From Candidatus Scatosoma sp. (GTDB lineage: Bacteria > Bacillota > Clostridia > Christensenellales > Borkfalkiaceae), in contig JAZRDM010000017.1 of the NCBI GenBank assembly GCA_045660265.1, positions 7,221 to 71,220 of the forward strand: DNA of 64,000 nucleotides. The letters run 5' to 3'. The notes below the pieces were generated by a model, which had not been told where the DNA came from, did not search any database, and saw only the letters and a list, made by a program, of their open reading frames with translations. The first letter of the stretch is position 1, and every line of letters starts with the position of its first letter. Of the stretch, positions 16,718 to 26,292 are shown one piece after another. The position numbers were made by a program, and so were the translations under genes.

Positions 16718-18703
16718 ATGAGAATTGCTTTAGCAGGCAATCCAAACAGCGGGAAAACGACCATGTTTAACGCGCTCACAGGGAAAAACGAAAAGGTGGG
16801 CAATTGGGCGGGCGTTACCGTTGAAAAGAAAGAGCATAAAATTAAAAAAAGCTTTTATAGTGGCGAAGACGAGTTGGTAGTCGTTGACTTGCCTGGCGCG
16901 TATTCTATGTCGCCGTTTACGAGTGAGGAGAGCGTTACAAGCTCGTATATTCACGAAGAAAAGCTGGACGCGATTATCAACATTGTAGACGCGACGAATT
17001 TAAGCCGCAGCCTGTTTTTTACCACGCAGCTGTTAGAGCTTGGCGTGCCCGTTGTGATTGCGCTTAATAAAGCGGATATTAACAAGAAAAAGGAAACGGA
17101 GATTGACGAAAATTTGCTTTCGAAAAAGCTGGGCTGTCCCGTACTCGAAACGGTTTCAACGTCGGCAAACGGCTTAAAAGCGGTGATTGCGGAAGCGGTA
17201 AAAGCGGTGGGCAGAATACAAACCGCGCCTTTTTCGCAAGGGGCAGTGGATTTGACAGACAAAGATGCTGTGCGCGAAGCGGATAGAAAACGTTTTGAAT
17301 TTGTCAATGCTGCCGTGGCGGAAGTGGAAACGCGGAAAGTATTTACCAGCGAAAGAAACGTACAGGATAAAATAGACGCTGTTTTAACGAATAAGTGGTT
17401 TGGTTTGCCTATTTTTGCGGTGGTGATGTTCCTTGTGTTCGGTATTTCGCAAGCGTGGGTAGGGCCTTGGCTTTCGGATATCTTTTGCGGTTGGTTGGAA
17501 GCGGGGCAAGACCTGCTTGCAACGGCGCTTACGGCGGAAAACGGTGAAATGGGAATTTTGGCGTCCATACTAGTGGACGGCGTTGTTGGCGGTGTGATAG
17601 CCGTTGTGGGATTTTTACCGCTTGTGATGGTGATGTATTTCACCATCGCGCTTTTGGAAGATTGCGGGTACATGGCGCGCGCGTCTGTTGTACTCGACCC
17701 CATTTTCAAAAAAGTGGGGCTGTCGGGGAAATCGATTATTCCCTTCGTTATCGGTACGGGCTGTGCAATTCCCGGAGTAATGGCGTGCAGAACCATTCGT
17801 AACGAAAGGGAACGCAAAGCCACGGCAATGTTAGCGCCTTTCATGCCTTGCGGGGCAAAATTACCCGTTATTTCCCTGTTTGCCGGAGCATTTTTTGGTA
17901 ACTCGGCTTGGGTTGGTGTAACAATGTATTTCGCGGGGATTGCCATTATTCTTGGCTGTGCGTTGCTTATTAACGTTTTGACGGGAAATAAAAAACGCAA
18001 ATCCTTCTTTATTATCGAATTGCCCGAATATAAATGGCCTAGCGTTTGGGGGGCTTGTAAATCTATGTTCTCGCGCGCGTGGTCGTATATCGTTAAGGCG
18101 GGGACAATTATTCTTGTTTGTAATTTTGCGGTGCACGTGATGCAGACGTTTAACTGGTCTTTTCAGGCGGTTGACGCGGAACAATCCATTCTGCACGATA
18201 TAGCTACGCCGTTTGCGTACTTTATCGCGCCCATTATCGGTATTTGCGCTTGGCAGTTGGCGGCGGCGACGATTACCGGCTTTATCGCCAAAGAAAATGT
18301 CGTAGGGACGCTTGCTGTTTGTTATGGTATTACCAACTTCTTTAATATGGAAGATTTGGAAATGATAGAAGGGGCGGCTCCTACCGTTGCGGCGGCGTTT
18401 GCAATTACGAAGGTAGCGGCGTTGGCGTTTTTGATGTTGAACTTATTCTCACCGCCTTGTTTTGCGGCAATCGGCGCAATGAATGCGGAAATGAAGGACA
18501 AAAAATGGTTTTGGGCGGGCATTGGTTTACAGCTTGCCGTCGGATACGTAGTATCCTTTTTGGTCTTCTTCTTTGGTACGCTGTTCTCGGGTGCAGGCTT
18601 TTTAGATGCTTGGATGCCTATCGTGGGTTGGTGCATAACGCTGGCAATTTCGACGGTGTTTGCGCTGTTGATTATCAAAAAACGTAAACAAGCCAACACA
18701 TAA
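16718..18703 (+). CDS. feoB: Ferrous iron transporter B (GTPase plus permease)
   Basis: 661 aa. N-terminal G-domain IALAGNPNSGKTTMFNALTG...DLPG...NKAD followed by a polytopic membrane domain. Confidence 0.95.
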   Translation: MRIALAGNPNSGKTTMFNALTGKNEKVGNWAGVTVEKKEHKIKKSFYSGEDELVVVDLPGAYSMSPFTSEESVTSSYIHEEKLDAIINIVDATNLSRSLFFTTQLLELGVPVVIALNKADINKKKETEIDENLLSKKLGCPVLETVSTSANGLKAVIAEAVKAVGRIQTAPFSQGAVDLTDKDAVREADRKRFEFVNAAVAEVETRKVFTSERNVQDKIDAVLTNKWFGLPIFAVVMFLVFGISQAWVGPWLSDIFCGWLEAGQDLLATALTAENGEMGILASILVDGVVGGVIAVVGFLPLVMVMYFTIALLEDCGYMARASVVLDPIFKKVGLSGKSIIPFVIGTGCAIPGVMACRTIRNERERKATAMLAPFMPCGAKLPVISLFAGAFFGNSAWVGVTMYFAGIAIILGCALLINVLTGNKKRKSFFIIELPEYKWPSVWGACKSMFSRAWSYIVKAGTIILVCNFAVHVMQTFNWSFQAVDAEQSILHDIATPFAYFIAPIIGICAWQLAAATITGFIAKENVVGTLAVCYGITNFFNMEDLEMIEGAAPTVAAAFAITKVAALAFLMLNLFSPPCFAAIGAMNAEMKDKKWFWAGIGLQLAVGYVVSFLVFFFGTLFSGAGFLDAWMPIVGWCITLAISTVFALLIIKKRKQANT

Positions 18704-18714
18704 AGGAGAAACGT

Positions 18715-18972
18715 ATGGAACCTGGAGAAATTATTGCGTTAATTGCGATTACGCTTATTCTTGGCGGCGCGCTGTGGTATATTATTAAATCGAAAAAAAG
18801 CGGCAGAAAGTGTATCGGCTGTCCGGGCGGTTGTAACTGCGGGGCGAAAGAGAATAAAAACACTCATGGCTGTTGCGGTTGTTCGCATTGCGGCGAGCAA
18901 GGAGACATAGAAGCTGGTGAAGAAATCGGCGAAACTGCGCCGGAAACGGAGCTTTCAGAAGACCTGGAATAA
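18715..18972 (+). CDS. FeoB-associated Cys-rich membrane protein with acidic C-terminal extension
   Basis: N-terminal TM helix IIALIAITLILGGALWYII, then CIGCPGGCNCG...CCGCSHCG. Immediately after feoB. Confidence 0.65.
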   Translation: MEPGEIIALIAITLILGGALWYIIKSKKSGRKCIGCPGGCNCGAKENKNTHGCCGCSHCGEQGDIEAGEEIGETAPETELSEDLE

Positions 18973-18974
18973 CA

Positions 18975-19007
18975 AAAAAAGCAAACGCGAAAGATGTTTG
19001 CTTTTTT
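18975..19007 (+). terminator. Rho-independent terminator of the feo operon
   Basis: A-run, GCAAAC ... GTTTGC, then TTTTTT. Confidence 0.65.
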
Positions 19008-19091
19008 AATATAAAAATTTTTTAACAAAGCCTTTACAAACGCAAGAAAATGCGTTATAATGTGCAAAAGTACAAACAAAAGGGGAAAGGT

Positions 19092-19460
19092 ATGAAATAT
19101 CGTGAGTCGGAAGAAATGTATTTAGAAACGATTTTGCTTTTAAAAAAGCAAAAAAGCAGTGTACATTCCATTGATATTGCAAACGAATTAGAATATTCCC
19201 GTCCCAGCGTATCGCGTGCTGTAGGGTTACTCCAAAAAAACGGGTATATCACGATGGCAGCTTCGGGGGAAATCGAATTGACGCAAGCCGGTTACGATAA
19301 AGCGCGTTCCATTTACGAAAGACATAACGTTATTACCAAGGTGTTGACCAAGCTGGGCGCAAACCAAACGGTAGCGGAAGAAAATGCTTGCCGTATCGAG
19401 CACGTTATTTCTGACGAATTAGTGCAAACGCTTAAAGAATTTTTAGAAAAAGATAAATAA
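19092..19460 (+). CDS. DtxR/MntR-family metal-dependent transcriptional regulator
   Basis: ATG at 19092 after AAGGGGAAAGG. EMYLETILLL....S.V.SIDIANEL..S.PSVSRAV..L...GYI is the typical DtxR-family winged HTH plus dimerisation helix. No SH3-like domain. Confidence 0.8.
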   Translation: MKYRESEEMYLETILLLKKQKSSVHSIDIANELEYSRPSVSRAVGLLQKNGYITMAASGEIELTQAGYDKARSIYERHNVITKVLTKLGANQTVAEENACRIEHVISDELVQTLKEFLEKDK

Positions 19461-19583
19461 ACCGATTAAAGACGGTTAAACGGGCGTTTAAAAACGGTTG
19501 ATTTACGGTTTGAGGAAATATTCGTTTAAAAATGATAAGCAAATTAGGGTAAAATAAAGGCGCATAAAGCGTTTGGGGAGAAT

Positions 19584-20312
19584 ATGATTTTATACTATGT
19601 AAGACACGGCGATCCTATTTACGAGCCGGACAGTTTGACGGAATTAGGGCATAAGCAAGCGGCGGCATTGGCAAAACGATTTTCGTTGTATGGATTAGAC
19701 GAAGTATATTCTTCTCCGTCCAACCGCGCGAAACTGACGGCACAGCCTACCTGCGAAGCGCTCGGCTTGACAATGAAAATTTGCGATTGGGCAGATGAAG
19801 CAAAAGCGGGCGAAGATACTATGATTACCAACGCGGATGGAAAGCTGGAATGGGCGTTTACGGATAAGGATTTGATTTTGAAGTTCAATGATCCTAGCGT
19901 GCGCGCCTTGGATATGGAGTGGTATAAGCACGAGCATTTTAAAAATTATCCCTTTGAAAAAGGAATGAAGAGAATTGAGGCGGCGGTGGATGAGTTTTTG
20001 CTGTCTTTAGGATATAAACACGATAGAAAAAACCATTGCTACGAAAAGGTTGGAAAATCCCCTGAAAGAGTGGCGCTTTTTGCCCACGGCGGCGCGGCAA
20101 TGATGATTTTAAGCTCGATTTTAGATATTCCGTATCCGCAATTTGCAACGCGTTGCTCGATTTCACACTCTTCCGTAACGGCAATCACGTTTGGGCTTTC
20201 TTCTCTTGGCGACGAAGGGCGTATGTATCCGCAAGTGTTCCAGTATGCAAACGATTCGCATTTGTATAAAGAAGAAATTCTTACGGGGTACAATAATTCG
20301 GTAAATATTTAA
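19584..20312 (+). CDS. Histidine phosphatase family protein (phosphoglycerate-mutase-like)
   Basis: N-terminal LYYVRHGD (RHG catalytic motif) and later FAHGG. Confidence 0.8.
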   Translation: MILYYVRHGDPIYEPDSLTELGHKQAAALAKRFSLYGLDEVYSSPSNRAKLTAQPTCEALGLTMKICDWADEAKAGEDTMITNADGKLEWAFTDKDLILKFNDPSVRALDMEWYKHEHFKNYPFEKGMKRIEAAVDEFLLSLGYKHDRKNHCYEKVGKSPERVALFAHGGAAMMILSSILDIPYPQFATRCSISHSSVTAITFGLSSLGDEGRMYPQVFQYANDSHLYKEEILTGYNNSVNI

Positions 20313-20388
20313 TGCGGGCAAACGGTTTTTGACAAGCGGGGCATAGGAAATTAAACATGCCAAAATATCAATGTTAAAATTAAAAATG

Positions 20389-20424
20389 AAAAAAAGGCTA
20401 ACGAAGTTTCGTTAGCCTTTTTTA
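20389..20424. terminator. Bidirectional terminator between convergent genes
   Basis: A-run, GGCTAACGA-AGTT-TCGTTAGCC, T-run. Confidence 0.7.
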
Positions 20425-20480
20425 TCAAATTATAAAGTAAAAAAGTTTTTGTTTTTACACATTCTCTAGTAAATTTGCCA

Positions 20481-20714
20481 TTAAAATTTTCTTTGATACA
20501 GCTCTTGTGCGATTTGGAAAAATGCATCCCTTTTGTCGCGGAAATCTTTATATAATTCTTGCTGTTTTTCGTCTAAAGAATCGACGAGGTCGTTTTCCGC
20601 TATCCACATTTGACTTTGGGCTATTCTAAACTCATAGTCCATATCACTGCGTATTTTTTCAGCCACTTTACCGATCATTTCCCCAATTTCTTCTTCTGTA
20701 AATTTCTTTTTCAT
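20481..20714 (-). CDS. Hypothetical small helical acidic protein (77 aa)
   Basis: Complete ORF with GGAG upstream of the ATG. No family recognised. Confidence 0.5.
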   Translation of the reverse strand: MKKKFTEEEIGEMIGKVAEKIRSDMDYEFRIAQSQMWIAENDLVDSLDEKQQELYKDFRDKRDAFFQIAQELYQRKF

Positions 20715-21011
20715 AAAGACTCCTTATAATAAAAAAGTGCGTTGACCGAAGCCAACGCACAAAAACGCAGGCTCCAATCGTCGCCAAACAATCTATCGTA
20801 GTATAAGTGAAACCTTACTATCAAGAAGGAGCTGCATTTTTAACAAATTACTTTCTTGATAGTATGATAATAAAAAGGTATAATATTCCTATAAAAGAAA
20901 AAACACTTATTGCTACAAGTATTCAAATTGTTTGGCAAATTTAGTATAGCACAAACGAAAAGTTTTTTCAAGCGGTTTCTATAAAAATAACCAAGAAATT
21001 TTGTTTTGCTA

Positions 21012-21040
21012 TTGACAAGCATACAAACGTGTAGTATAAT
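21012..21040 (+). promoter_or_regulatory. Consensus promoter (TTGACA-17-TATAAT) of the TetR-headed operon
   Basis: TTGACA at 21012-21017 and TATAAT at 21035-21040. Confidence 0.7.
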
Positions 21041-21047
21041 GCACTTA

Positions 21048-21063
21048 AATGAACGTGTTCATT
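21048..21063. promoter_or_regulatory. Palindrome AATGAAC-GT-GTTCATT at the predicted transcription start (candidate TetR operator)
   Basis: 7-bp perfect arms, 8 nt downstream of the -10 element and 13 nt upstream of the TetR start codon. Confidence 0.55.
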
Positions 21064-21075
21064 AAAGGAGTGCGT

Positions 21076-21585
21076 ATGCCAAAGAAAATAGAAAATATAC
21101 GTCAATTATTGCTAGATAAGGCGAAATGGCTGTTAGAAAAAGAAGGATATGCAAAACTGACTATGCGCTCGGTGGCAAGTGCGTGCGGGTTAGGGGTTGG
21201 TACAGCGTATAATTATTTTTCGTCTAAAGATATGCTTATCGCGTCTTTTATGCTAGAGGATTGGAGAAATACCTTGCAAAAAATGCAAGCGTGTCAGGCG
21301 AAAGGCGTGGAAAAAGTGGGGAGCGTTTATCAAAATTTGCTCGAATTTATCGCGCAACATCAAACGTTATTTTCGGACGAGGGCGCGCAAAAGAGCTATT
21401 TAGCAAGCTCGGCGGCGTGGCATAAGCAGTTGAGAGAGCAACTTTCCCAAGAGGTGTTACCAGCTTGTCAAGGCAAAGAGCAAGAGGAGTTTTTATCCCT
21501 CTTTATTGCGGATTCCCTGCTGTCGTGGAGCGTGGAAGGAAGAGCGTTTTCCGACTTAAAACCTATTATTGAAAAGCTATTATAA
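21076..21585 (+). CDS. TetR/AcrR-family transcriptional regulator
   Basis: ATG at 21076 after AAAGGAG. HTH KLTMRSVASACGLGVGTAYNYFSSKDML. Confidence 0.85.
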   Translation: MPKKIENIRQLLLDKAKWLLEKEGYAKLTMRSVASACGLGVGTAYNYFSSKDMLIASFMLEDWRNTLQKMQACQAKGVEKVGSVYQNLLEFIAQHQTLFSDEGAQKSYLASSAAWHKQLREQLSQEVLPACQGKEQEEFLSLFIADSLLSWSVEGRAFSDLKPIIEKLL

Positions 21586-21599
21586 AGGAGATATATCAA

Positions 21600-22529
21600 A
21601 TGAGCAGTTTTGAAAATTTACGTATCGTAGACAACTTTTATCAAACGTCCCTGTTTTTTCCGATGCCGACGGTAGTAATCGGTACGCTGTGCGAAGACGG
21701 GACGACGTCGCTGGGGCCGTATTCGTTAATACAGCCGTATTATGTAGCGGGGAAAGATTATTACGCTATGTTGCTTTCTTGCCGTAACTCTTCTAATACG
21801 GCGCAAAACATTTTGCGTAATGGGAAATGTTCGATTAACTTTATTACGGACGAACCCAAGTATTTCAAAGAAGCGGTAAAGCTTTCATGGCCAGGGGATA
21901 AACCTTCTGAAAAGATGCCCAAATGCAATTTTAAATTAGAAAAGAGCATGATTGAAGAAGAAACGGGCGAGGCGCGTCCTATGGTGTTGACGGACGCAAT
22001 GCAGGTTATCGAATGTACGTGGGTGAGAGAGCTTGACGGCGCGGATAAAGACCAAGCAGGCGAATTGCACGGTTATGAAGGCCCGTATCACGATTTCAAT
22101 GGGATTACAAGTAAATTCGGCGCGCATTTCATTTTAAAAATCGATAAAATTTTAATGAAGAAGAAATACAGCGACGCCATTATTAACGGCGTAAAGGCGG
22201 GGGATTTCCCTAATTTGCCCGTTGATTACGGCTATCGCGACAGTAAAAATTTCTGGTATCATAGGGCTAAGAGAATGAAAGCAGAGCTCTTGCAAATGCG
22301 TCAAGCTTCGTTGGAATCGGTGCGTTATGCGGCGGATAGAGTGGATGATAAAGTTAAATTCACGGACGAAGCGTTAAAGACGGTTTTGGGTGTGCCCAGA
22401 GTATTCTTGCCCCTCGTTTTAAAGGGCTGTGTTTCGTGGGCAAAGGAAAACGGCGTAGAGTTGGTAACGGAAGAGCATATGAAGATTATCAACGATAAAC
22501 GTTCGCAAGAAAAAAATAAAAAGAAATAA
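21600..22529 (+). CDS. Flavin-reductase-like domain protein (tentative)
   Basis: FFPMPTVVIGTLCEDGTTSLGPYS...NTAQNILRNGKCSINF resembles the FMN-binding split-barrel flavin reductase pattern. The C-terminal ~130 aa are unassigned. Confidence 0.45.
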   Translation: MSSFENLRIVDNFYQTSLFFPMPTVVIGTLCEDGTTSLGPYSLIQPYYVAGKDYYAMLLSCRNSSNTAQNILRNGKCSINFITDEPKYFKEAVKLSWPGDKPSEKMPKCNFKLEKSMIEEETGEARPMVLTDAMQVIECTWVRELDGADKDQAGELHGYEGPYHDFNGITSKFGAHFILKIDKILMKKKYSDAIINGVKAGDFPNLPVDYGYRDSKNFWYHRAKRMKAELLQMRQASLESVRYAADRVDDKVKFTDEALKTVLGVPRVFLPLVLKGCVSWAKENGVELVTEEHMKIINDKRSQEKNKKK

Positions 22530-22547
22530 TAAAGGAGAAAAAATATT

Positions 22548-23399
22548 ATGAAAATTGTACTTGCAGGCGCTTATGGCAATTTAGGTTCGGACATTTTTAA
22601 GTCGTTGTTAAAGGAAGGACACGAAGTTGTTGCCGCGGATATGATTGAAAAGGATCTTGGTGTAGAGGGTAATTTTACGTTTAAGAAAATTGACATCACC
22701 GATCCTGAAACGCTTAAGGGGATTTGCGACGGCGCAGACGCGGTGATTACAACGGTAGGTCTTACCAAAACGTCAGCCACCGTTACAAACTACCAAATCG
22801 ATTATCAAGGAAACTTAAACCTTCTTAACGAAGCAAAGGCGGCGGGTGTAAAGAACTTTACGTATATTTCCGTTATCAAGGCGGATAAAGCGCCTAAGGT
22901 GCCTATGTTGCATGCAAAATATCTTTTTGAAGAAGAACTTAAAAAGAGCGGTTTGAACTGGGTTATCCACCGTCCTACCGGTTATTTCTACGATATTGTA
23001 AAAGTATTTAAGCCTATGGTTGAAAAGGGCGAAGTTACGTTGCTTGGGAAAGAAGCTGTACACGCAAACGTTATTTCGACGGAAGATTTTGCCGAATTTA
23101 TCGTAAAACACGTTATGGACGAAAACGTAACGTACGACGTAGGCGGAAAGGAAACGTATTCGTACGAAGAAATTGCAAATATGTGTTTTGCGGCGGCAGG
23201 CAAAGAACCTGTCATCAAACGCGCGCCCGCATTCTTGTTTGACGTGCTTGCGTTTGTGAATAAACTCAAGAAAAACGGTAAAGAAGCGATTTTGCGTTTC
23301 TCCAAGTGGACGCTTACGGAAGAAATGGTGGGCGATACCGTTTACGGTGATATGAGTTTTGCCGAATACATTAAAGAAAGTTTTACTAAGGAGGCATAA
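22548..23399 (+). CDS. NAD(P)-binding SDR/NmrA-like protein
   Basis: N-terminal Rossmann motif KIVLAGAYGNLGS. Confidence 0.7.
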   Translation: MKIVLAGAYGNLGSDIFKSLLKEGHEVVAADMIEKDLGVEGNFTFKKIDITDPETLKGICDGADAVITTVGLTKTSATVTNYQIDYQGNLNLLNEAKAAGVKNFTYISVIKADKAPKVPMLHAKYLFEEELKKSGLNWVIHRPTGYFYDIVKVFKPMVEKGEVTLLGKEAVHANVISTEDFAEFIVKHVMDENVTYDVGGKETYSYEEIANMCFAAAGKEPVIKRAPAFLFDVLAFVNKLKKNGKEAILRFSKWTLTEEMVGDTVYGDMSFAEYIKESFTKEA

Positions 23400-23401
23400 G
23401 T

Positions 23402-24217
23402 ATGGGTTGGGAGTTTTTGTGGATATTTGCCGTTATCGCATTAGTATTAAGCGCGGTAGGCTTTTATAAATTTGTTTATTTCCTTTCTATCGGCTACGGC
23501 TTCTCCGTAGCGGGTATCGGCGTAGCGCTTGCGATTATGAGTTTGGTTGGCGCATTTCCGCAAACAGCAGGCGTAGAACATTATATTTTATTTGCTTTGC
23601 TTGTCATTTACGGTATTCGCTTGTCCGGGTTCTTGCTTATCCGAGAATTGAAAAATATTTCTTTTAAAAAGACGGACGTATTTAAAGATACGTTAAAGAA
23701 ATCGGAAGAAAAGGCAATGCCTGTGTTTGTGAAAGCGACCATTTGGATTTGCGTTGCTATTTTGTACGTAGCGCAAACGTCTCCCGTATTTTTTAGAATG
23801 TACAACGGTACGCAAACGTCTGCGCTTGTTTGGGTGGGGATTGCTATCGCGGTAATCGCTATCGCAATCGAATGGATTGCAGACCAACAAAAATCGGCGC
23901 AAAAAGCGAAAAATCCGAACAAAGTAGCAACCGAAGGTCTTTATAAAATCGTTCGTTGTCCCAACTATTTCGGGGAAATTTTGTTCTGGACGGGATTGTT
24001 TGTATCCTCGCTTGATTCGCTTTGCACGGTAGGGCAATGGATTACGGCTGTGTTGGCGTACGTGGCAATCGTATATATTATGTTCAACGGGGCGCAACGC
24101 TTAGAAAAACGTCAAATGGAACGTTATAAAGATGATCCCGAATATAACGCATATGTTGAAAAGACGCCTATTATCATTCCTTTATTGCCTATCTATCATT
24201 TAAACAAGAAGAACTGA
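23402..24217 (+). CDS. DUF1295 / steroid-5-alpha-reductase-like polytopic membrane protein
   Basis: Multiple TM helices and the C-terminal motif GLYKIVRCPNYFGEILFW. Confidence 0.6.
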   Translation: MGWEFLWIFAVIALVLSAVGFYKFVYFLSIGYGFSVAGIGVALAIMSLVGAFPQTAGVEHYILFALLVIYGIRLSGFLLIRELKNISFKKTDVFKDTLKKSEEKAMPVFVKATIWICVAILYVAQTSPVFFRMYNGTQTSALVWVGIAIAVIAIAIEWIADQQKSAQKAKNPNKVATEGLYKIVRCPNYFGEILFWTGLFVSSLDSLCTVGQWITAVLAYVAIVYIMFNGAQRLEKRQMERYKDDPEYNAYVEKTPIIIPLLPIYHLNKKN

Positions 24218-24226
24218 TAAACAGTT

Positions 24227-24946
24227 ATGCAAAAATCATTAAAGAATAAAATTATAAAAATCGCGAGTATTACCCTAGCTGTAATACTCGTGTGTATAGG
24301 CGGATTTTTCATTTACGTTTCCGATTATTACCGCGCAGACGAAAGCGCGCAAGAAGTTGCTCGTGCGGAATATGTTACCGGTACGTCGGAAGGCGATTAC
24401 GTAATTTCAAAGTCGGAAAATGCAAAAATCGGATGTATTTTTTATCCTGGTGCAAAGGTGGAAACAAAGGCATATTTGCCTTTAATGGATGAGTTGGCTA
24501 AGGTAAATATCGATTGCTTTTTAATAGATATGCTGTTTCATTTGGCGTTTTTTGATGTCAATGCGGCGGATAGAATTATTCAAGCAAATCCGCAAATAGA
24601 AAAGTGGTACATTGCTGGACATTCGCTTGGCGGCGCTATGGCTTCGCAATACGCCTATGAACACCAAGATACCATTTCGGGACTTATTTTGTTGGGCGCG
24701 TATCCTTACAAAGAATATCCGTTAGACAAAACTTTGACGATTTACGGCGAATTGGATACTAGCGTAGAAGATAAAATCAATTATACGCAAAACGTGTATG
24801 TTATAAAGGGCGGGAATCATGCGCAGTTTGGCAATTATGGCAAGCAGAGCGGTGATGCCGACGCGAAAATTAACGCGAAGGCTCAACAAATACAAGCGGT
24901 AGCGTATATGCATACCTTTATCCTTTTTGGCGACTGGTCTATATAA
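24227..24946 (+). CDS. Alpha/beta hydrolase with N-terminal membrane anchor
   Basis: TM helix ITLAVILVCIGGFFIYV and the nucleophile elbow IAGHSLGG. Confidence 0.7.
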   Translation: MQKSLKNKIIKIASITLAVILVCIGGFFIYVSDYYRADESAQEVARAEYVTGTSEGDYVISKSENAKIGCIFYPGAKVETKAYLPLMDELAKVNIDCFLIDMLFHLAFFDVNAADRIIQANPQIEKWYIAGHSLGGAMASQYAYEHQDTISGLILLGAYPYKEYPLDKTLTIYGELDTSVEDKINYTQNVYVIKGGNHAQFGNYGKQSGDADAKINAKAQQIQAVAYMHTFILFGDWSI

Positions 24947-24964
24947 GACGAAGGAGAAAAATAT

Positions 24965-25591
24965 ATGGAATTTACCGTTCCTATGGCTTTGGTAGATTAT
25001 ATCCCCGTTATTTGTTTTGCAGTGGCGGCGGTGATGTTAATTAAAATGCTTTATAACAAAATGAGTGCGGCTGCGTTTGCGCTGTTTGCGGCGGGGACGA
25101 TTGACGTCGTTTGCGCGGGTGCGCTGAAAGCGACGTATAAGCTGTTGTATGCGGCAAACGTGTGCGATTTTCAATCGTTAAACGCTATGTTTTTCCCTGT
25201 GCAGTCCATTGGGTTCTTGTTGGCGGGGATTGGTATTTTGATGATGCTCTGTCAAAAGAAAGGAAAGGGCGCATTGTTGTCGGCGGCGGCTCCCGCGGTG
25301 TATAAAGGCACGTTTGTTTTTGTTGGCTTGATGGTTGCGGGGCTGGGCGTTATGGACGCTGTGCTTTGCGTTCTTAGCGCAAAATTAAAGAAAAAATGGT
25401 TAATTGCCGTATTTGTATTCTCGTTTGTGTGCTCGCTTGCAATGGGGTATTTATCCTCGCAAGACTTCGCGCAAGCGTCTATGAATTGGATTGCGGAAAT
25501 TGTCAACGTTTGCGGGCAAGGCTCGTTACTTTTTGGCGTATGGAAGCTGAAAGAATCGGGCTTGGAAGCGTTAGAGCTTGGGGGCAAATAA
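24965..25591 (+). CDS. Hypothetical polytopic membrane protein
   Basis: 208 aa with about six hydrophobic helices. No family recognised. Confidence 0.55.
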   Translation: MEFTVPMALVDYIPVICFAVAAVMLIKMLYNKMSAAAFALFAAGTIDVVCAGALKATYKLLYAANVCDFQSLNAMFFPVQSIGFLLAGIGILMMLCQKKGKGALLSAAAPAVYKGTFVFVGLMVAGLGVMDAVLCVLSAKLKKKWLIAVFVFSFVCSLAMGYLSSQDFAQASMNWIAEIVNVCGQGSLLFGVWKLKESGLEALELGGK

Positions 25592-26239
25592 ATGATTGAG
25601 AAAATTTTATCTATGCTTTCCCAAACTTATCCGTTAGAAAAAAAGGACGTCGGTGAGTTTGAAAGCTTTAAAGCAAAAGGTATGAAATTTGCTTGTCAAG
25701 CATACGAAGCAAAGGGCTTTGGCCACGTTTCCGTGATGACAGCGTCAGGCTTTTTTGGGTTAATGAAAATGGATACGTTTATCCTTTGTCCTAAAAATAA
25801 AGACTTGCCGTTGCTCTCTTACGATCGTATTTTTGCGGCTGGAAACGATACGTTTATCGTCGAGTTATATGATACGACGATAGAGAAAAAAGAGTATACT
25901 TTGATAGACAAGGTCGTTGAAAAGTACTCGTCTTTACCTGATAGGGTATTGCCTGACGAGGAGAATTGGTATGATGACATTCGTCTTACACAGTCCGTTT
26001 CGAAAAAGGGTAAAAAGAAGCAGACGGCGGCGTTTAACGAGTTGCTTATCGATTACGTGTCGGCGTATTTGGCGACGGATGCGAATGTGTGCGAAAAGGA
26101 CGAAAAAATTGTACAAACGTCTAAATATGCAGAAGGCTTACTTTCTAACGGCGGTATTGCTACAGACGTGTTTAAAAAAGAACTTGGCGAAGAAAAGACG
26201 GCGAAACTGCTTCGTACAGTATTGTTTGGTACAAAATAA
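25592..26239 (+). CDS. Hypothetical protein (last gene of the operon)
   Basis: ATG follows directly after the upstream TAA (taaATG). 215 aa. A weak by-eye resemblance to bilin-reductase-like folds is not enough for a call. Confidence 0.5.
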   Translation: MIEKILSMLSQTYPLEKKDVGEFESFKAKGMKFACQAYEAKGFGHVSVMTASGFFGLMKMDTFILCPKNKDLPLLSYDRIFAAGNDTFIVELYDTTIEKKEYTLIDKVVEKYSSLPDRVLPDEENWYDDIRLTQSVSKKGKKKQTAAFNELLIDYVSAYLATDANVCEKDEKIVQTSKYAEGLLSNGGIATDVFKKELGEEKTAKLLRTVLFGTK

Positions 26240-26247
26240 AGCGTAAT

Positions 26248-26280
26248 AAAAACCCTGCGAAAATTTCGCAGGGTTTTATT
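26248..26280. terminator. Bidirectional terminator
   Basis: AAAACCCTGCGA-AAATT-TCGCAGGGTTTT. Confidence 0.75.
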
Positions 26281-26292
26281 TAATCGAGGCGA

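Noticed and set aside
16951-18000. 349-aa minus-strand ORF inside feoB.
   Set aside because: It is antisense to an unambiguous FeoB. The Ser/Ala/Thr-rich shadow ORF has no RBS.
19461-19583. Repeated ACGGTT words (AGACGGTTAAACGG, AAACGGTTGATTTACGGTTTG) between the DtxR-like gene and the phosphatase gene.
   Set aside because: The repeats are short, irregularly spaced and degenerate. There is no clear palindrome or promoter context, so there is not enough to call a regulatory site.
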